Below are positions 1 to 11,198 of a stretch of DNA of 64,000 nt, piece after piece. The stretch lies in assembly GCF_009914755.1 (NCBI RefSeq), contig NC_060925.1; one strand, written 5' to 3'. Under the pieces are notes generated by a model. The model saw only the letters and a list, made by a program, of their open reading frames with translations, was not told where the DNA came from and made no database searches. A program made the position numbers and the translations under genes. Every line of letters begins with the position of its first letter. Position 1 is the first letter of the stretch. The DNA comes from the human T2T-CHM13v2.0 reference genome, Homo sapiens.

Positions 1-221
1 TTTGGGGGGAAGATTGTTTGTTCTTAATTTCTTTAATATATATAAAGCTATTCAGATTATCTCTTTTTTTCTTGAGTAAGGTTTGGTACTTTTTATCATT
101 GAACCAGTGATTTTTATCTATGTTATCAAACGTTCAGGCATAGAATTATTTATAGTATTACCATACAACCCTTGTAATTTCTATGGATCAGAAGTCCCCG
201 CCTCTTTTTCTGATATGGGTA

Positions 222-268
<47 letters not shown>

Positions 269-665
269 TCGTTCTTATTATTATTTTAGTTTATCAATTT
301 AATTTAACTTATCAAAGTATTAGCTTTTGTTTTGTTGATTTTCTCTATTGTTTTGCTGTTACAATATCATCACTTCCTCCTTTTTAAAAACATGTTCTTT
401 CTTCTACATGGTTTGGGATATATTTGCTACTCTTTCTGTAGTTTTCTCAGGTGGAGGCTTAGGTAGTTGATTTTAGGTCTTTCTTTTTCTACAGATTTTG
501 ACTGTGAATTTCAGGATTCACTTGTCTCTCCAGAGTTTGTAGTGAGGTTTGCACTGCAACATCAGTTCTGTAATGGATTCAGGAAAACTCACTAATTTCC
601 AATGATATTCAAGTTATGTGAGGATATTCAAGTTCTGTGTATATCACAGGTGAAAGCAGAGGTCT
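1..665 (-). mobile_element. Old mammalian L1 (L1M/L1MC-like) remnant: ORF2 fragment followed by 5'-end fragment
   Basis: T-rich antisense L1 ORF2-like text. 520-665 resembles the L1MC 5' end also seen at 43790-43940. Confidence 0.55.
224..266. repeat. (TG)21 microsatellite
   Basis: Perfect TG run read directly; it explains the CVCVCV ORF at 83..289. Confidence 0.98.
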
Positions 666-2069
666 CTTCTTTTAAAAAAAATGAAGTCAAACTTATGTCC
701 AAACTGATAATAGCACCTTCAAAATGTCTAACCAAGTACAGTAGTAGAGAGCATATGGGAAGCTGATACTGAAGGCAAATTATATTCAATATTTTGAAGT
801 AAAAACGTAATGTCTTCAGAAAATTAGAAAGGGACATCTATATTACTGGATGGTAAATACTGGAGTAAAAGAATGAAGGATATTTGAGTATGAAGCCTAT
901 TCTTAATGTTCATGTCAAAGGCATTCATTTATTATCTGTTCATAACCAAAGGCTTCTAACATGAAAGAAATGAATTAGCTACCTGTAAGACAACTGTTAT
1001 CTGTTGAAAGACTGCAGAAAGGATAGCAATCTATTCCCCATGCTAGCTGTCATGCCACTTTAATACCATAATATTAAATATTTTTTATTATTTTTATAAA
1101 TCAAATAATTAGGTATCAAAGTTCTGCTGTCTAGAATCTTCAGATAACTTTATTTCAGATTTTATAAATTACTTAAGTGAACTTCCTTTAACAACTACTA
1201 TTGCTTCCTAATACAGAGTTCACTGACTTCCATTTCACCACTTCTTGAAACATGTCAGCATTTTAAATATTTATTTGCATATAATATTTTGATGAATTCA
1301 AGGTATAAAAGCATATATTGCTATTTTCTGGACATTTATTACTTTCAGATCATTTCTTGTGGCTTTCTCTGCTTTAATTTTAAAATTTACATCACAATTA
1401 TTTACCAAGAAGTGTTTATAAAATACTTGCTTATACTTAATGTATTTCAGGTAATTAATACTGGGTACTAGAAAGACAAATTAAATGTGGCCTCAACTTT
1501 TATCTTTGTATGTATCCATCTTGTTATATGATCTATCAAGCTTCTTACTACCATAAATATATCCCATGGTTGTGATCTTATAATTAACAGTTATTAATAA
1601 TATAAGGACTGTAAAATAAGAAAAAACAAGCCTGCTAGTATTTAATGTAATAAGTAGTCTAAAAGTATGGGCCTGAGCTCTTCTTTCTCGATTAAATTCT
1701 GTGGCGCTTTAGAGTGTAACTATAAGGGTAATTGTTCTTGGTTAACTATTCTCTATTTTATTTATCCAAATGCAGTTTTTCTTAGTCGTTTGCTCTTGAT
1801 TCCTTTTTGGTCTAGTCAGGAGACCAGAAGTTTGACTTTTAAAAAGCGGAATAATACTACCATTTTACAGAATGTGATCGCATTTGTGCAGGTTATTGGT
1901 TGGCACGTTTAGAGGAAGTGATTCATTTTGAGCAATCCCAAGACTGACAATTACTACATTTTTAGTAAAACATGTATTTAATTAAATTACAATGTATGTT
2001 TATTTTAAAATAAAAAAATGTGAAACACCTCTAGATAATTATGTTAAAGATCAACTCTACAGAAGCTTG

Positions 2070-2332
2070 ATAATAAAAATAAACATGTATTGAGCAATTC
2101 ATTAAAGTGCCTTCAGAAGCACTGAGAATTTTCTGTCTTATCTCATGGAAACCCTTTAATAATTCTACGACTTAGAGACTATACTAACTTCATTTTATTG
2201 CTCAGGAATTTAAGGCTCGATGATATAATTAACTTTCCCCAAATCAGAAAACAAACAAGTGTTTGAACCATGATTCACAATCACGCACTGTGATTCGAAA
2301 ACCCTCATTTTAACCATCACTTTCTACTGTCT
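2070..2332 (-). mobile_element. MIR SINE
   Basis: Degenerate MIR core 'cattttattgctcaggaatttaaggctc...aattaactttccccaaatcag', tail 'catgtattgagca' and head 'ttaaccatcactttctactgtctc'. Confidence 0.75.
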
Positions 2333-2849
2333 CCCAATACCTTTTTCATAATGTCCCCTCGGAAACATATAAGAAGGTAACTTACAGCATGATATTTTGC
2401 TGGTCAGTTTTATGGCAAGTTTTGTGCCATGTTTTAGTACAGTGACACCCTCAGGAGCTATTATGTCTTCTAGGACCATTTCTTCCTATATTAAATGGCT
2501 TCTATTCTCTGTAGAATATGCTACTAATCTTGGCCTATATTTTTAGAACTTCATAAGACTTTACTGGAATAAGTTACTTACTTAGAGTTTTCCAAAATAT
2601 GACCTATGTAATAGTTATCCCAAAGAAATATTCTGCCATAAAATGATAAATAAACCACTATCAAATGGAAAATAAATACAGCTTTTAACTTATATTTTAT
2701 GATAACAGATAGTCTCTAACTTTCTCCTTTACAGTTGGTTAAATTATTTATTTGTATTTTTTTAAAGAGTATTTAAAATGTATCTGACAAACATTAAGCA
2801 GAGAAGTACTCTCTTTCCAATATCATTACAGCCTTCTGTATAAATTTCC

Positions 2850-3240
2850 TTGATTTCATTCCTTCATTTGCATCATAAGCAACCACTATTCTGAATTTGG
2901 TTTAGATTACTCTAATGCATTTCTCATATTGTATATACGTATTCTTAAACCATCTATACTTTTATTTCTCTCCTTTATATATTATGTAAATTAAATAATG
3001 GCAATTATATTCTGCAACTTATTTATATCACTCTATAACATTTATGAGATACATTCAATTTACATACAACTTATTTATTCACATATATCCAAAGGTGGAT
3101 AGTATTCCTTTGTGTAGATATGCTAAGTATATTTATCTATTCTCAAGTTAATATATATATTTTATATTAAAGACAATGCTGCTCTAAATATTCTTTCACA
3201 ATTTTTGGTACATATATGCAAAGTTTTCTCTGTTTTGTAT
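2850..3240 (-). mobile_element. L1ME-like 3' fragment
   Basis: 'gcaaccactattctgaattt...tattctgcaactt...tttatgagat...tagtattcc...acaatgctgct' motifs typical of old L1 3' ends. Confidence 0.6.
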
Positions 3241-4789
3241 TACTGATTTGTTTTTCATATCACTTGCTTAATTAATAATTAGAAAGTGTCTCAGCAAAAA
3301 TGTTTGTACCAATTATGGGGAGTCTCATTTCACCCTCTCAGTCACTTTTTAACCCTTTTTTTTTTGCGGGAGAGGGGAGGATGGAGATTTTTGTCAGTTC
3401 ACAACATATTCACTGGTCTAGTTACAGCCATGGAATAGCTCAGTATTAGAGAGTTGCAATGAATGCTTGAGTAAGTCTTCCTACTTTGTCCATTATTGAT
3501 CTACACATAAACCACTTGTTTCAATTTGATCTTTATTACACTAATGATGATATTTTGATCCTCTCTTAAATGCCCCTTTAACTTAAATATTTAAATTACT
3601 TAGGTAGGGAAAGAAATTTGGCTGTAAAACATGCATATATAGATAAAAAAGTATGAACAATATTTCAAGGGCAATTATGTCTTATTGACAACATATCACA
3701 TTACTCTAAGGTTCCTGTTTTTTTGGTTGCTAGGAATTATGTAATTATTTTCTGGTGTAGCATCAATCTGGCTGCTTTGCATTACCTGACTGGGGAATTT
3801 CCTTAGAGGAAAAAAACATAAATGTAGTGGGATTACCTTCTTTTGAGGCAATTTCTTTCTTTTCTGGGTTACTTTACACTGCCTTTAAATAGTTGTGTTT
3901 TATAAAAAATGTGGAGGATTAATCAAAAGAATATTTTGTACATTATATCCTTTAGCTAAATTTCTTGCTTATTTTTACTGGTTTGACTGTTTTGCTGGAT
4001 GAAATTATATAAAGAGCATTACTGTCTTGCATTATTTCTTCTATCATTTGGTCAAAACAGCAGGCTTTGTTATCTCTGTTGTGGGTATGAGCACTTACAT
4101 AGAAAAAGATTTATGTATTCCATATTTAGCATAACTAAAGTAGTTTTTCACTTGAAGTCACCTTTATTTAACTATGTTTCAATTATTAACGTATTTATAC
4201 TAAGGTCTCTGTGTTGATAATAAATGTCAGATAAAAGACAGAGCATTTATCATAGCTAATGCATTCAAATTTAGCAGTTTTCTCTGTTTTGGCAAACTTT
4301 TGTTCTTTAAACACATATTTTCACTAGTTTATAATACTCGTGCCAGCAATAAATAGTCTTCAAAGTAACCACCATACATGGATTACTTGAGTGGTTGTCA
4401 TTTAAGTAATTTTTTTGTTGTTTTGTCTGAGGACTAGAGCTTTATGTCTCCCTTGCTCTATCTTTCACAGTTTTTAACATTACTCATAAGATGAGTCTGG
4501 CTAATTGTCAAGAAAAAAGAAGCATGATGTACCCCAATGCAAAGAACACCCACAAAGTTGCCTTGAAGACCTGACACTGTCTAAAGTAGACATTTTCTTA
4601 CTTTGTGAAGAATTTACCTGGGAGTGGAGGTCTTCATAACTTTTTTTGTAGTTGTTATGGATAAAGCCTGGCTTGTTCTTTTACTTAGCTTGATTTTATT
4701 TGTAGCCCAATTATTGTCAGTTTACTCCATAACTTAAACAGTAGAAACTCTAGCTTATGTGACTGTATAGAGAGTATGGGTAAATTATA

Positions 4790-5096
4790 TTATAGCAACA
4801 AATATAATTATCTTTGTTTTATTTAACTCACAATGTACACATATCTGTCATCCCTAGAGGGATCTGTCCCATGCTGTTCCAATTAGGGAGGTCCTGTTCC
4901 CATATTCTGAGAATTATTGACTCAATAATAAAAGCAAAGGCACCAAATTGCATACTAGATCTTAAAGCCTTCTTCCAGAAGTGACACACATCATTGGCTA
5001 TGGAAATTTATGTGGAAGGAAGTGGAAAAGGATATCCACCACAAGCCCAGAGGAAAATAAATGGAATAACTATGAACTACCCTAATCACTGCAGCA
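4790..5096 (-). mobile_element. Old MaLR LTR (MLT1K/L-like)
   Basis: 'cttccagaagtgacacacatcattggc' and terminal 'tgaactaccctaatcactgcagca' resemble MLT1K/L. Confidence 0.45.
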
Positions 5097-6167
5097 TTGA
5101 ATGAAATGTCTTAACATACCTCATTAATGCATTCTTCTTTATTTTTTCATTTGTAAAGAGATGCTTGAGAATCCTTCCTACGCTTATCATTTGTACAAGT
5201 TGGAGTGGATAGCATAAGCCTTTGTTGTAATTGGTGGACAAAACCATTTGGAGTCTGAAACACTACTAAGTTTGTTTCTGAGGGTAAACATGTGTGATTA
5301 TTTTTATAAGCTGGTAAAGATAAATACTAATAAACATTAACAAATTTTATATTCCTCATAAAATCAATCTGAGTATAGTACTATGAAAGTAGAGTAATTT
5401 TTTTTTTTTTTTGAGGGTTAGCATGGCCACATAGCTTTTATTTTGATTGGTTTGTGGCCAGTGTAACTGATTTTCAATTGAATATATGTGATATTCTTAA
5501 AGTGAAATTTATCAGAAACCCACCAATGGAAGATGAAGTAGCTGTGTTCTTTAAATAACAAAAGCTTTCATAAAATTTACATAATCTTGCTTTATTGCAA
5601 TAAGGTATTCGGATAAGCTCAGGTTCATTTTAGAAGAAAACATTAGCAATAAAAAGTTAAGTTTTAGAGATAAATATCTTTATAACTTGTGGAAATGTTT
5701 CCAAGCCACTGTAATGAACAGAGCTAGAATGATGAAATAATAAGATACATTAATATTTTCTTGGTTTTCTCCCACATTAGATTTTAGAAATTATTTAATT
5801 TATAATCCATTATAAAGCAGCTAACCTAACTGAAAACTCTGAATTCTAACAAAGCTAACATGGTAACCTATAAGTCTAATAAGCACAAGTGGATAAATCT
5901 ACTTGATATATAACAGGATGTAACATTGTATATAACTCATGGTTATAGGGGAGCACATTTATTGATGTTTAATTAAGAACCTCTATGCTGGAAGAGCTCT
6001 TAAATATAACTTTACTATGCCCAGAAATAAACTTATTACCATCTTTTGTTTTCCTTTGTTAAACAATCAGATCTCACATCTCCTTCATGCCCACCTAATT
6101 ACCAAAAATATAACTGGATATACTGATACATAAAAAATAATGTGCTTAAATCACAATATTTTTAAAA

Positions 6168-6866
6168 CTTTGTTTTATGTTTCTTTTTTTATATATTTTA
6201 AGTTCTGGGGTACATGTGCAAAAAGTGCAGCTTTTTACATAGGTATACACATGCCATGGTGGTTTGCTGCACCCATCAACCTGTCATGTACATTAGGTAT
6301 TTCTCCTAATGCTATCCCTCCCCTAGTCCCTCACCCTCTGACAGGCCCTGGTGTGTGATGTTCCCCTCCCTGTGTCCATTGTTCTCATTGTTCAACTCCC
6401 ATTTATGAGTGAGAACATGTGGTATTTGGTTTTCTGTTCTTGTGTTAGTTTGTTGAGAATGATGATTTCCAGCTTCATACATGTCCTTGCAAAGGACAGG
6501 AACACATCATTTTTATGGCTGCATAGTATTCCATGGTATATATGTGCCACATTTTCTTTATCCAGTCTATCATTGATGGACATTTGAGTTGGTTCCAACT
6601 CTTTGCTATTGTGAATAGTGCTGCAATAAACATTAATGTGTATGTGTCTTTATAGTACAATGATTTATAATCTTTTCAGTATATACCCACTAATAGGATT
6701 ACTGAGTCAAATGGTATTTCTAGTTCTAGTTCCTTGAGGAATTACCACACTGTCCTGCACAATGGTTGAACTAATTTACACTCCTAGCAGCAGTGTAAAA
6801 GCGTTCCTATTTCTCCACATCCTTTCCAGCATCTGCTGTTTCCTGACTTTTTAATGATCACCATTC
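6168..6866 (-). mobile_element. L1PA7-like 3' end (~0.7 kb, 5'-truncated)
   Basis: Antisense 3'UTR with T-rich tail at ~6170-6190. ORF2 C-terminus in ORFs 6392..6598 and 6475..6660. Ends at 'caccattc' 6866. Confidence 0.93.
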
Positions 6867-9755
6867 AGAGCTGGTTTTTTGAAAAGATCAGATCAACAAA
6901 ACAGACCACTAGCCCAACTAATAAAGAAGAAAAGAGAGAAGAATCAAATAGACACAATAAAAAATGATATAGGGGATATCACCACTGATCCCACAGAAAT
7001 ACAAACTACCATCAGAGAATACTATAAACAACTCTACACAAACAAACTAGAAAATCTAGAAGAAAGGTATAAATTCCTGGACACATAACACCCTCCCAAG
7101 TCTAAACCAGGAAGAAGTCAAATTCCTGAATAGACCAACAACAAGTCATGAAATTGAGGCAGTAATTAATAGCCTACCAACCAAAAAATGTCCAGGACCA
7201 GAGAGATTCACAGCCGAATTCTACCAGAGATTCAAAGAGGAGCTGGTACCATTCCTTCTGAAACTATTCCAATCAATAGAAAAAGAGGGAATCATGTCTA
7301 ACTCATTTTATGAGGCCAGCATCTTCCTAATACCAAAACCTGGCAGAGACATAGCAAAAAAAGAAAATTTCAGGTCAATATCCCTGATGAACATTGATAA
7401 GAAAATCCTCAATAAAATTCTGCCAAACCAAATCCAGCAGCACATCAAAAAGCTTATCCACCATGATCAAGTTGGCTTCATTCCTGGGAAGCAAGGATAT
7501 TTCAACATATGCAAATCAATAAACGTAATCCATCACATAAATAGAACCAATGACAAAAACTACGTGATTATCTAAATAGATGCAGAAAAAGCCTTCGACA
7601 AAATTCAACACCCCTTCATGCTAAAAACTCTCAATAAACTAGGTATCAATGGAATGTATCTCAAAATAATAAGAGCTTTTTATGACAAACCTACAGCCAA
7701 TATCATACTGAATGGGCAAACATTGGAAGCATTCCCTTTGAAAACCGGTATAAGACAAGGATGCCCTCTCTCGCCACTCCTGTTCAACATAGTATTGGAA
7801 GTTCTGGCCAGGGCAATCAGGCAAGAGAAAGAAATAAACCGTATTCAAATAAGAAGAGTGGAAGTCAAATTGTCTCTGTTTGCAGATGACATGATTGTAT
7901 ATTTAGAAAACACCATCTTCTTAGCCCCACATCTCCTTAATCTTATAAGCAAGTTCAGCAAAGTCTCAGGATACAAAATCAATGTGCAAAAATCACAAGC
8001 ATTCCTATACACCAATAATAGACAAACAGAGAGCAAAATCATGAGTGAACTCCCATTCACAATTGCTACTAAGAGAATAAAATACCTAGGAATACAACTT
8101 ACAAGGGATATGAAGGACCTCTTCAAGGAGAACTACAAACCACCGCTCAAGTAAATAAGAGAGGAAGCAAACAAATGGAAAAACATTCCATGCTCATGGG
8201 TACGAAGAATCAACATTGTGAAAATGGCCATACTACCCAAAGTAATTTATGGATTCAATACTATTCCCATCAAGCTACCATTGACTTTCTTCACAGAATT
8301 GGAAAAAACTTTTAAACCTGTAGTTTTAAATCTTGTAAAATCAATTATGTATGCCATAAGAAACTATAAGAATAACCATGGTACTGGTACCAAAACAGAG
8401 ATATAGACCAATGGAACAGAACAGAGGCCTCAGAAATAGTGCCACACAACTACAACCATTTGATCTTTGACAAACCTAACAGAAACAAGCAATGGGGAAA
8501 TAACTCCCTATTTAATAAATGGTGTTTGGAAAACTGGCTAGCCATATGCAGAAAACAGGAATTGGATCCCTTCTTTACACTTTTTACAAAAATTAACTCA
8601 AGATGGATGAAACAGTTCAATGTAAGACCTAAAACCATAAAAATCCTAGAAGAAAACCTAGGCAATACAATTCAGGACATAGGAATAGGCAAAGACTTCA
8701 TGTCTAAAACACCAAAAGAAATGGCAACAAAAGCCAAAATTGACAAATGGGATCTAACTAAACTGAAGAGCTTCTGCACAGTAAAAGAAACTATCATCTG
8801 AGTGAACAGACAACCTACAGAATGGGAGAAAATGTTTGCAATCTATCTATCCAAAAAAGGGCTAATATCCAGAACCTACAAAGAACTTAAACAAATTTAC
8901 AAGGAAAAAAAAAAACCCATCAAAAATTGGGCTAAGGATATGAACAAACACTTCTCAAAAGAAGACACTTATACAGCCAACAAACACATCAAAACAAGCT
9001 CATCATCACTGGTCATTAGAGAAATGCAAATCAAAACCACCATGAGATACCAACTCATGCCAGTTAGAATGATGATCACAAAAAAGTCAGAAAACAACAT
9101 TTGCTGGAGAGGATGTGGAGAAATAGGAATGTTTTTACACTGTTGGTGGGAGGGTAAATTAGTTCAACCATTGTGGGAGACAGTGTGGCGATTCCTCAAG
9201 GATCTAGAACCAGAAATACCATTTGACCCAGCAATCCCATTAGTGGGTATATACTGAAAAGATTATAAATCATTGTACTATAAAGACACATACACATTAA
9301 TGTTTATTGCAGCACTATTCACAATAGCAAAGAGTTGGAACCAACTCAAATGTCCATCAATGATAGACTGGATAAAGAAAATGTGGCACATATATACCAT
9401 GGAATACTATGCAGCCATAAAAAATGATGTGTTCCTGTCCTTTGCAAGGACATGTATGAAGCTGGAAATCATCATTCTCAACAAACTAACACAAGAACAG
9501 AAAAGCAAATACCACATGTTCTCACTCATAAATGGGAGTTGAACAATGAGAACACATGGACACAGGGAGGGGAACATCACACACCAGGGCCTGTCAGGGG
9601 ATGGGAGGCTAGGGGAGGGATAGCATTAGGAGAAATACCTAATGTAGATAACGGGTTGATGGGTGCAGCATACCAGCATGGCATGTGTATACCTATGTAA
9701 CAAACCTGCACATTCTGCACATGGATCCCAGAACTTAAAGTATAATTAAAAAAAA
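6867..9755 (+). mobile_element. L1PA7-like LINE-1, 5'-truncated (~2.9 kb)
   Basis: Continuous ORF2 homology (RT motif LFADD, C-terminal Cys-rich region), 3'UTR and poly(A) at ~9748-9755. Confidence 0.95.
6879..9542 (+). pseudogene. Disrupted L1 ORF2 (reverse transcriptase) remnant
   Basis: Track ORFs 6879..7088, 7294..7575, 7618..8154 ([12 protein letters not shown]), 8439..8801, 8802..9257 and 9273..9542 are consecutive ORF2p pieces broken by stops and frameshifts. Confidence 0.93.
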
Positions 9756-9924
9756 GAATTAAATACATTGCTAACTTCTTTGCTGTTATGGAATCAAAAT
9801 GTTTGCAAATAGAAGATACCTGATTGGAACTTTCATGCTGAGACAATGTAGCTTTATTTTTTTTTCCCCTTGGCTCCAAATTTTTAAATTTGGCTCAGAA
9901 TGTGTAGGTTTAGGACATTTTCGC

Positions 9925-10180
9925 ACAATGACACTGTCATGGCTGCTAGGTGTCATTATACATTTGTCAAACCCCATAGAGTGTACAACACAAAAATAAA
10001 TACTAATGTCAACTTTGGACTTTAGTTAATAATAATGTAGCAATATTGGATCATTAATTATAAGAAATGTACCATACAAATGCAAAATATTAATAAAGGA
10101 GAAACTGGAGGGTAGTATAAGGGAACTCTGTACTTTTTGCTCACTTTTTCTATAACCCTGAAACTTCCCCTCAAAATCTA
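9925..10180 (+). mobile_element. L1MC (L1MC3-like) 3' end
   Basis: 'tgtcattatacatttgtcaaaccccatagagtgtacaacac...ggactttagttaataataatgt...gggaactctgtactttttgctca'. Confidence 0.75.
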
Positions 10181-10309
10181 CCAGTTATTTTTTTTAAATG
10201 TGACAAAAATTTTACTTTAGAAGTTCTTCATTAATCACTTGTGGTCTACAGGTGATTAACTACAATTTAATAGAAGGCAAAATACTTGTACCTTACTTTA
10301 AGGATATTG

Positions 10310-11198
10310 AAAATCCAAAAGTTTTTTCTACTTTCACACTCAACAATCAACACTGTTACTCTGATCACCAAAATATCTGTGCGGATTTTTCTCCATCAGC
10401 AATCAATCAGTTCTGCAGGGGACACCATCTAGGTATTCTCTTATACTATTCAATTATAACTCTGTCACTTCAGATGCCAGTGGCAAGCACAGATTATAAC
10501 CTGTGCATTTGGCTGACTGACTATAAATCGGGGTTCCCACAATTATCTCCTCAGGTTTGATAAACTTGCTAGAGCAGTTCACAAGACTCAGTGAAACACT
10601 TACATTGACTGGTTTATCATAAAGGATATTACATAGGATACCAATAAACAACAGATGAATACATGAATAGGGTGAGGTGTGGGAGAAGGGGCAGGGAGGG
10701 GGCTTCCATGCCCTCCCTGGAGCACCATCCTTTAGGAACCTCCACATGTTCAGCTGTTTAGAAGCCTTGAAATACTGTCCTTTTGGGTTTTTATGAAAGC
10801 TTAATTAAATAAGCATGATTGGTTAAGTTATTGGCTATGAATGGAATGGTCAACTTTAACTTCAGCTCCTCTCTCTTACTTGAAGGTTAGAAGGTATGGC
10901 TGACCCAACATTCTAATCATACCATAGCATTTCATGTGACCAGCCCTCATCCTGAAGCTATCAAAGGGCTGTCAGTGACCATTTATCTTATTAGCATACA
11001 AAAGACACTCTTATCACTCTGAAGATTACACGTATTCTCAGAGCTATATGTTAAGAAAAGGGGAAGAAGACTAGATATATTTATATATAAATATCTGAGT
11101 TGATGAATCAGGTTCATATATATATATATATATACACGTATATATATATATATATACGTATATATATATATATATATATATGAATCACGATGATCACA
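10310..11198 (-). mobile_element. MER21 (MER21B-like) solo LTR
   Basis: 'gcttccatgccctccctgg...ggaacctccacatgttcagct' and 'gtgaccagccctcatcctgaagcta'. Terminus 'tcacgatgatcaca'. Contains a TA microsatellite. Confidence 0.85.
11113..11184. repeat. Interrupted (TA)n microsatellite
   Basis: TA run with two CG-containing interruptions, read directly. Confidence 0.95.

Noticed and set aside
6168-6866. Reading the inverted piece as an ordinary twin-priming 5' inversion of the 6867-9755 L1
   Set aside because: The inverted piece is a second 3' end with its own tail and duplicates sequence in the main body. Twin priming inverts upstream, essentially non-overlapping sequence.
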